From assembly GCF_009914755.1 (NCBI RefSeq), contig NC_060936.1: DNA of 64,000 bases; one strand, 5' to 3'. The notes beneath the pieces were generated by a model, which saw nothing but the letters and a program-made list of their open reading frames with translations, did not search any database and was not told the origin of the DNA. Numbering within the stretch: position 1 is the stretch's first letter; the number at the start of each line of letters is the position of its first letter. Source of the stretch: the human T2T-CHM13v2.0 reference genome, Homo sapiens. This document shows positions 53,985 to 64,000 of the stretch, piece after piece. Position numbers and translations under genes: made by a program.

Positions 53985-54113
53985 TTTTTTTGAGACAGAG
54001 TCTCACTGTGTTGCCCAGGCTGGTCTTGAACTCCTGGGCTCAAGTGATCCTCCTGACTTGGCCTCAGCCTCCCAAAGTGCTGGGATTACAGGCATGAGCC
54101 ACTGCGCCTGGCC
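53985..54113 (-). mobile_element. FLAM monomer
   Basis: TSD aagatacactt. Confidence 0.88.
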
Positions 54114-54960
54114 CCCAAGATACACTTTCACCAAACTGTGTTTCAAAGTTATGCTTTTAAATTGTATTTAAAGTTCATATAAGAACAGGCTTAGCTGTGA
54201 CACTGTAGAGGCGAGAATGTGGAGTTGACACGGGTCCTTTTCACACTTGTTCCCCACACAGGGCCCACATGAAACCTGTCCCTGAGTTTAATCCTAAGAA
54301 AAACCTTGTTTCACTAGCAAATAATTCCCTTCTCTGAGAAGGCAAATTAATTATTTTATTTCCAACTTTCTCTTAGGCATCCTGAAATTCTGAGCTCAGT
54401 TTCATGCTCTGAAAAAGAAAAAATAACTGCTAGAGTCACAGAAATGGTATTGACTTTTTGGATTGGAATATTTGTTTTCTCTGTTCCTTACCTGTTTCCC
54501 CCTATTTTTCTTACTTCCTTTCCATTTTATTTTGTATGCCTCTTTGTAAGCTGCCTTAAATGCTTTTTGGAATGAGGCAGGATATACATTCAATAAATAA
54601 AATATGTCTAAGCCACTTATGAACAAAACCTTCTTGGGCCGGAGCCTAAACATTACTTACATAAAAAGACCTGATTCCTCACCTTCTACAACAATATTAT
54701 TTAGTCATTTCTCTGCATTGTACTCAACTCTTTAAAGGTTATAGAATTGTAGTTAGCGTATTAGAAGGCTCATGGATCTAGATTCTATGTCCTCAGCAGG
54801 TGAAGTCTTTTTTACACAATGCCACTGTACGGATTGTAGAGTTCTTGGGCTGGCATAATTTTATGTGACCAAAATTTGGCAAAGGGTCTTATCAGTTTGA
54901 GGAGAGATTAGTGGAGCATTGAATTTCAGAGTTTGAAATGACATTAGAGATTATCTGGTC

Positions 54961-55135
54961 CAGTGATTCTCAACCAGGGAGACATTTGGTTATTTCCGGA
55001 GATATTTTTGGTCACAACTGAGGTGGGTGCTACTGGCTTCTAGGGATGGAGGTCAGGAAAGCTGCCAAGAACCCGACAGTGTACAGGACAGCCCCCACAC
55101 CAGCATGTCACTACTGCCGAGGACGAGAAGCCCTG
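54961..55135 (+). mobile_element. MER20
   Basis: cagtgattctcaaccaggg...tcacaactgagg...gtacaggacagccccc...gagaagccctg; degenerate 8-bp TSD atctggtc/atctagcc. Confidence 0.88.
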
Positions 55136-55304
55136 ATCTAGCCAATCCTGTCATTTTTCAGACTCCAGGGAGTTTGTGACCTGACCTTCAAATATAAGAT
55201 TTAATATTTAATTGCCCAAATTCATTCTTAAAATATAGCAAAATGATGAGAAATTTCCCTTCAAAACTGAGAACAAGACAAAGATGTCTATTATGATAGA
55301 CCGT

Positions 55305-55600
55305 TCTTAGAAGTTTACTGCTCCTCCTGGGGATGCCTCTCAATAGAGAAATTCTACATTCCCGCCTGTTGAAAGCAGACATGGTTACTTGACTTGTTTG
55401 GGCCTATGAAATGTGAACAGAGGCGACACACATCACGATCAGGTGGGAGACTTAGTAACACATGCCTGGTGTCCCATGCCCTTTTCCCTCTGCCAGTGTT
55501 CCAGGGCGTGGCAGGACTGCCAGCCTGGTCTTGGAGTCACAGCTGGGCCCCGAAGGCGATGCTGTGGGACCTGGAAATAAAGCTTTGCTGTTGTTTTAAA
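55305..55600 (+). mobile_element. Old MaLR (MLT1-type) LTR remnant
   Basis: catggttacttgacttgtttgggcctatgaaatgtgaacagagg...aaataaagctttgctgttg. Confidence 0.55.
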
Positions 55601-55869
55601 AATGGAATCACATTGTAAATTAGGATCCTGGGGAGCGTGGCACTAGGTATTCTTATGCAGAGCTAGATGGTGATGCTTTCCTTTCCTTATCACTTCAAGT
55701 CTGCAGACACAGCCTTCAGGGCGTTCTTCTTCTGTGGTTCCTCAGTTGGGGCACCTTGTCTGGAGTACACAGTAAGGCTATGCCACAGTCCTGCTATGAC
55801 TGAGATGGCAATATGAGTGCTTTTCTTTGTTGGTGGTTTTTATATTTATGTTTAAAAAATTATAAACTA

Positions 55870-56277
<408 letters not shown>

Positions 56278-56328
56278 TCAATTTTCTCTGCCTCTCCCTC
56301 CTTTCCTTTTCTGTTTGCTTCTACTCAG

Positions 56329-56374
56329 GACTGGGCACGAATGCACACATTGCTGTCTGGCTTGTATCTATGTG
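56329..56374 (+). other. Candidate 46-nt cassette exon
   Basis: ~70-nt pyrimidine-rich, AG-free tract ending ctactcag|G; donor GTG|GTAAGT. Confidence 0.4.
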
Positions 56375-57181
56375 GTAAGTCTAGAATGATCAGTTACTGA
56401 AAGAAGAGGGAATCAGTGCTAGTGAAGGATATAGGTTGTGGTTAACTGGAGTTCCCAAGTAGCTGGATCTTTTGTGACAGGGATTGGCTAGTTTGGTTTT
56501 ATACCAGATACTAGTTATATAGAGATGAAAAGACAAGTTTCCTTCACTCAAAGGAACCTTAGCTTAGAGTCTTGCAGGGAAATTGATTTGCAAGCAAGCT
56601 GCTTTGCTCCCTTACTCTAAACTCACACTTGAATCTCTGATCTTAACACTTTGATGGTGAAGAAAAAGCCCTCCAGAGAAAAGGTAGTAAGAGATCCAGA
56701 ATCTAGAGCCTTTCCCAAGGCTTCAGGTAGATCTGGTTGAATTCACCTTGTTCTCTCTTGCCCCCTATTCTGTTATCAGTCATTCCCACAGCTTTAAGTG
56801 TTTTAAAGGAGTGGAAAGCTCCCAAGACTCAGGCCCTTATGTCACTCCTGACATGCACTTATAGGGGAGTCCAGAGTGTTTAGTCCTCCAGGGTTTTTAT
56901 GAATGGTCAGTGTTACTCTCAGAAGATGCTGACCTGGGTAGGACAGGTTGTTCATCCATTCATTTGTGTGCTTACCATGTGCCAGGCACAGTTCCAGAAC
57001 TGGGGATCCACTGCTAAATAAGACTGATAAGGTCTTTGCTCTTAAGGAGATTCCATGCTAGACATTAATTATATTAATCTTGACTCCAGTTTATGCCCTA
57101 AGCCAAGCTATCCTCTATTCTCTTTCGGCATTTTTCAGTTGTTAAACCAGCATCACCAGGTTGACAACATAACCCAACTAA

Positions 57182-57577
<396 letters not shown>

Positions 57578-57621
57578 CAGGCAGAGTTTTAATTGACCAC
57601 CATCCCTTGTCCGACTCCTAG

Positions 57622-57700
57622 AAACTTTCACCTGGATTCCTTAAAGTGATGCCTTGCTGACCTGATTGGATAACTCAGTATTCATTGCTGAGTAGCTGAG
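57622..57700 (+). other. Candidate 79-nt non-coding/poison exon
   Basis: attgac branch-like motif, cccttgtccgactcctag|A acceptor, GAG|GTAAGC donor; stops in all three frames. Confidence 0.3.
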
Positions 57701-58279
57701 GTAAGCGTGATGTTCACTTATTTCTCAGCTATCTATGAGAGCTGTAGCTTACATTGTGATCATTCTGGTAAATGTTCTCTAAGAAAGAAAACGAAAAAAT
57801 AATGGCTAGAGTCATGTTCACCTAGTTTTAACATCTTTAGAGTTTTGCTTCTTCTCAGTTCAGTAGCTCAAAGAGAGAAAAAACACCCAAAGACAGCAAT
57901 TCTTCACTCTAAACCCAATATTCTTCAACTTTCTAGAAATTATTAGCCACTTAATTTACTTTGATTTTCATCTCTGAAAAAGTATTCAGACTTATATATA
58001 GTTGCCAGATGTGTTCATCAAACACTTCTCTAAGAAATTTGTATATTTTTGGAATTCAGTCAACATTTTTTGGATAAATGAATGTGAACACTTTAGGAAT
58101 TGCTTATTCCACAAATGATCTCTTACCAAGATTTCCAGAAACTATTTTCATATTGAAACAAAAACAAAACAACACACCACTCTGCTTCTTCCCACAGAGT
58201 TCTGAGACAGCTTTTACATAATGATCTTGAACATATTGTAATCTTGTTTATGACAGAAATGAAAAGCTGTCATCACATT

Positions 58280-59290
58280 TCTGTTTTGGAGAGTTCATTG
58301 TTTTCCCTGTGAATTCATAGGAGTTCTTTGTCTATTATAAATATTATCACTTTGTCTTGAAAATAGCTTTCCCTTCTGTACTCTTTCTCTGTGGGCTTTA
58401 TGCATCTTTTGTCTTATAAAATGTATGATGTCTACAGAGTCAGATGTATCTATTTTTTCCTTTTTAGCGTCTTTATTTTTTGTTTAACACAAAAACATCT
58501 GCCAGTTGGTAAGTTATAGAAATATTCTTAAATTTCTTCTAAAGTTTTAATATTGTATTTTTCAGTTAAAGTGTAATCCACTGAGCCAGGCGTGGTGACA
58601 TACACCTGTAGTCCCAACCACCTGGGAGGCCGAGGTGGGAGGATTGCTTAAGCCCAGGAGTTTGAGGCTGCAGTGTACAATGTTCACACTACTGCACTCC
58701 AGCCTGGGCCACAGAGCAAGACCCTGTCTCCAAAAAAAAAAGAGAAAAAATTAATCCATTGGATTACTCTTTGTTTTCTTCTAGTTAAACATCCATTGTG
58801 TCAGCATAATCAAACTATCTTGCCCTATGAAATGAGTTGCTATCTCTTGTCTATATTCACATCTTTTCCCAGATTTTCTGTTCTATTCCCACTGATGTAT
58901 TTACAGGCCAGTATCACAACCTGTGAAAGCATTGTCTTCAGTGGAAATTTTAAAATAGTAATTACTCCTTTCATTATTTTTTTCATAATTTTCTTGGTTA
59001 TTTCCAGATCTTTACTTTTCAATGAACATATTTTTAAATCGCTTAAATCATTCAGATCTGAAACCTCATTGGCAGTCTAATTGGAGTGAATCTTCTGATT
59101 CACAAGCATGAAATGTATGTATTTCTGTTTATTCAAACCTTCTTTTAGTATTTTAAATATGCGTTTTGTTGTCTTTTTCATGTAGGATCTATACCTTTCC
59201 TAAATGTTTTATAGTTTCTTGTAAATAGAATTTTAAAATTCCCATTCTATCTGGTTATTGTAACTATAAGACAAAGCTATTGATTTTTTT
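58280..59290 (-). mobile_element. Degenerate L1ME-like fragments
   Basis: gagttctttgtctattata...gtcagatgtatctattttttcc...ttaatccattggatt. Confidence 0.6.
58583..58750 (+). mobile_element. FRAM/AluJ right monomer
   Basis: agccaggcgtggtgacatacacctgtagtccc...gcaagaccctgtctc + A tail. Confidence 0.88.
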
Positions 59291-59532
59291 CCTCTTTATT
59301 TTCTAGCATTTATTATTTGCAAGCATTTATTAGTTGACCTTTTGGGGTCTGTTTTCTCTTTTGAATGTGTAAGCACAAGGTAGATCATGTTTATCTTGTT
59401 TACTAGTTTATCCCCAGCATTCTGGCAGGACAAATGAATGAATGCATGAATGGATATCTGAAAAAGCGTTTGAGAGGAGATTCAACAATCTACACTACTT
59501 TCCCTTTTCTTCTTTTTACCTTGTGTTTCTAA

Positions 59533-59844
<312 letters not shown>

Positions 59845-59919
59845 CCATTCTAAGCTTTTAACATCCTTAGATTACTGTTCCAAATACGTTGGGAAGGTCC
59901 CCCAATTTTTTCCTTAACT

Positions 59920-61205
59920 TTTTAAAAGCAACTTTATTGAAATATATTTTATATATCATAAAAATCACCTATTTCAAGATGATTTTAGTATTCAATAATT
60001 TTTAGTAGCTTTACTGAGTGATGCAACTGTAATGTAACGATAGATGTTCAGGTTTAGAACGTTTTCATCCTCCTAATAGGATCTCTCATGTCCATTTATA
60101 GTTAATCCCTGTTCGCACCTTTACCCCTATTCACAAGCAATCGTTAATTTACTTCTTGTTTCAGTGGATTTGCCTGTTCTGGACATTTCATATAAATGAG
60201 ATGGTACCATATGTGAACTTTTGTGTCTGACTGCTTTCGCTTAGCATAATGTTTTCAAGGTTCATCTATGTTGTCGCCTGTGTCAGTATTCTCTTCCTCT
60301 GTTGCTGAATAATATTCCCTTGTATGCATGTACTACATTTTGTGTATCTGTTCATTAGTTTTTGGACATGTAGGTTGTTTCTACTTTTTGGTTATTATGA
60401 GTAATGCTCCAGTGAACTTCACATGTAAGTCTCTGTGTGGACATATGTTTTCATTTCTTTTCAGTAGGTACCTAGGAGCGGAATTGGTGGTTCATTTTAT
60501 GTTTTTTGAGAAATTGTCAAACTATTTTCCAAAGTGGCCACACCATTTTATATTTCTAGCAGTAATGTATGAGGGTTCCTATTCCTCTTTTCTTAACATT
60601 TTTCTCACAGTTTATTGATGTATGATTGAGGTATCATTTACATTGAGGTATAACTTACATATGATAAAATGCTCAGATCTTAAGTGTACAGTTCAATTAT
60701 TTTTGGACACATGTATACATGCATGTATACAACCACTGCGTCAATCAAGATACGAAACATTTGCATCATTCTAGAAAGTCCCTTGTTCCTTGCCCTCAGA
60801 TTTTGATTTCTATCATTCTATCATACTGTTTTGATTTCTATCATTGTAGATTAGTGTTTATTCCAGAATTTCATACAAATCAAATCATACAGTATGTACT
60901 CCTTTGTGTTGTCTTCTTTCACTCATCGTAAGGGTTTCGAGTTTCATCAGTGTTATTGTGTTTATCTCAGTTGTTTGTTCCTTTTTATTGCTGAGAGCAC
61001 TCCATTGTATGAATGTCCCACATTTTTGTTTATCCAGTTACCTGTTGATGGACATTTGAGTCATTTTTCATTTGTAGTTATTAGGAACAAAGGTACTATT
61101 AAACATTTATATACCAGTCTTTTTGTGGACATGATTTCATTTTTCTTGGGTGAATTCCCAAGAGTGTAATTGCTGGGTCATAGGGTAGTTATATGTTACT
61201 TACTG
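59920..61205 (-). mobile_element. Two adjacent L1M 3' ends (~59920-60590 and ~60600-61205)
   Basis: Each begins with a ttt(t)attga...ata...aaaat L1M 3'UTR end and contains gatggacatttg-like ORF2-end motifs. Confidence 0.85.
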
Positions 61206-61244
61206 TTTTTTATCTAGTATTAAGTCACTTTACAAAATTCTTTA

Positions 61245-61595
<351 letters not shown>

Positions 61596-61937
61596 TTATT
61601 ATACAATTTGCTGATAGGTATAATTTTGAGTTAGATCTTTATCTGTTGATCTGGAGGAGTTTCTGGGACTTTTTTTTTTTTTAAAGAAGCACACAAGTTG
61701 CCCAGAAATGTATATAGTATAATCCAAATTTTGTAAGACAAACAATAACATGTATGTATATGTTCGCGATTCTATAGGCAAAAGAAAAGATGTGAAAGAT
61801 GTTCACTGGCATGCTAACCATGGTTTCGTGGCTGGAGTGGCGGAGGTGGTTAAGGGGAGGTGTAGAGGGTTGAGTTTACAAAAAAAGGAAACAGGGATAA
61901 AGAAAACACATTATTAAAGTTAAATGATTTAGTAGAG

Positions 61938-62056
61938 TATAAATATATAAATATATTTATATATTTATAAAAATATATATAAATATTTTAATATATATTT
62001 AATATATAAATATTTATAAAAATATAAATATTTATATAAAATATAAAATATTTATT
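61938..62056. repeat. 119-bp A/T-only tract with perfect palindromes
   Basis: 61938-61969 is a perfect 32-bp palindrome. Confidence 0.92.
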
Positions 62057-62555
62057 GCAAAAACTTTTTAATGATAAAAATATTGGAACCAGCATAAAGA
62101 TGAGCTTACCAAAGTTATTTGCAGCTGTTAAAAATAGTGATATACGTGTGTTTAGAATGTATGTTAAATTCAAATTCAGATTGCAAAGCAGTATGCATTC
62201 TATGGCCCTGACTACTTTGTGCTAATATGATTGTGATTATGGGCATTTTTGTTTACTTTTTAAAATCTTATGGGGGAAAAAAGCAGGAGTTATTTCTAGA
62301 AGTATGAATCACTGAAACACAGTAATATTCCTTAAATTATACTTTTCTTAGGATAGCTGTAATTATATAAGATTTAGTCAAATCTTTAATTAGATGGTAG
62401 GCTGATTGAGGGTAGGGATCCCTCAAGATTCTATTTGTCACCGTCAGAGCTCAGAATAATTCTGACTCATTCATAACATGAAGAGATCACCGTTGAACAC
62501 AGTCCATAGGAAAGTAAGATCTCAGCATTAAAGAGATGCAGGTATGAGTGTTAAA

Positions 62556-62649
62556 GAAGAGCAGGCCCTGGTCAGAGTATTCTCCAATTGACGTCAATCA
62601 GTTCTCCACTTGATTGACCTGGAGAGTACTTTGACAGGGCCTGCTCTTC
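62556..62649 (+). repeat. 94-nt inverted repeat (pre-miRNA/mirtron-like hairpin)
   Basis: 15 bp perfect + 15 bp (two G-U) + 8-9 bp stem; confidence applies to the inverted repeat, not to RNA function. Confidence 0.85.
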
Positions 62650-63934
62650 ATTTACATAGGCTCGGTGCCTACCTTTTGCAGCTGAACAGGCTCGGCCCCA
62701 GTTCTTGCTGGGTTCTAAGCTACAGTTTCAGGGAAAAGGCAGAAAGCCAAGATAGGGCAGGAATGGGATGAAAGGGGACTGGCCTGTTGGCTAGGTCAGC
62801 AAATTTGTCTGTGATTTACAGCACTAAGCTCAGGATTTGACTTGATTAGAATTTGATTGCCTTTCATTTGATTCAAGTTGGAGCCACTGCTCCGGGCTGT
62901 TCTATCTAGTGGATGGACCATAGAAGCAGGGATCTCATGACTTAGCAATATTAAAACCTCAGGCAGGTGGCTTGTTGGTCTGAGCAGCCTCTAAATTTGT
63001 ACAAAAGCCTGGTGGCTGGCTGGGTTGGTAAAAATGGCAGCTGTCCTGCATGCTGACATTGGGAGTTACTCTGCACTGCTGCAGGCTGTCCTGGCACACT
63101 GCAGGCCGGGCATCATTTCATGGTGGAGGACGTCACTCAGTTTTGCATGAGGCTCTTGCATCACATTTGTATTTAAGGAATTCACACCTTATTTTAGGGA
63201 AAACATCTGTTCCTTGGTTAAAACAGCATTGCACTTTTAACAGAGCGGCCACCTTTTTCCACATACGATAGGACAGGTTTTGGATATATGGAGTATTAAC
63301 TGAAAAGAGCACTATATATTTCATAGTTCTTTAAAGACCATTGATATGTAAATCAATGTGTAAGAAGATATCGTTTAAGAGGGGTTATGGCACATGGTGG
63401 AAGGAATGCTGCTTTGCATTTATCTGTGTGAAGTAATCTGCCTGTGCATCTGAAGAAACAGCAGGCCCCGCCGCAAGTGATGAAGCAGTTCTGTGGAGAA
63501 ACCCATTTACACCAGTTTCCAGATGCTATTCCACCAGAAATAATTCCAAGAATATACTTATATTTTAAATAAATGATAAAATCAATTTCCAGATGAAGTG
63601 TACATTACAAAGAGAAACTTGGTATTATTATGTATTAATCCATATTAACTAAAGTTGAACCTGACATCAAAATATTGATCCCTTCTTAAAATAGACAAAA
63701 ATACTTTAAGTTAAATTGTTTTTCTTCCTATTTGTGCTAGCCGGTGCTTAAAGTCTAATGATGTGATAATTGAATAGTAAAGGAATCTAAATCTCTACTT
63801 TCTTGATTCCCAGTGTGCTAACTTTACTAAAATTGTGGGAATAAGCAAAATATTTTTCATAGCAGTAATAAGGATTTTTAAAAATTATGTGACAATTGTG
63901 TATTAGACTGAAGTAATTAATACCTTTGTCACAG

Positions 63935-64000
63935 GGACCGGGTGCAATGGCTCATGCCTGTTATCTTAGCACTTTGGGAGGCCGAGACAGGCAGATCACT
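63935..64000 (+). mobile_element. Alu 5' end (cut by window edge)
   Basis: gaccgggtgcaatggctcatgcctg...gggaggccgag. Confidence 0.9.

Overview
Primate (human-like) nuclear DNA with no recognisable protein-coding gene, tRNA, rRNA or CRISPR array. About 50 Alu/FLAM/FRAM pieces (roughly a fifth to a quarter of the window, by eye) are interspersed with old L1M/L1P 3' ends, L2, MIR and L3 remnants, DNA-transposon MITEs (MER2, MER47A, MER20, MER5A), a THE1 LTR nested in an MLT1A LTR, and several microsatellites. Nearly all supplied ORFs are repeat-derived or chance frames. L1 and LTR copies lie mostly on the minus strand, which suggests a large intron of a plus-strand gene; I could not name the gene. 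The most notable non-repeat signal is a 94-nt near-perfect foldback (62556-62649) that fills a 118-nt GT...AG mini-intron (62542-62659) with donor, branch point and acceptor, a mirtron-like layout. Other leads are a CpG-preserved domain at about 23.7-26.2 kb, several small exon candidates with strong splice sites on both strands, a CTGACA motif cluster, and unusual Alu structures (triplicated B-box, trimeric Alu, nested and inverted Alus). Repeat subfamily names come from recalled consensus sequences and boundaries are approximate; nothing was searched or folded computationally.
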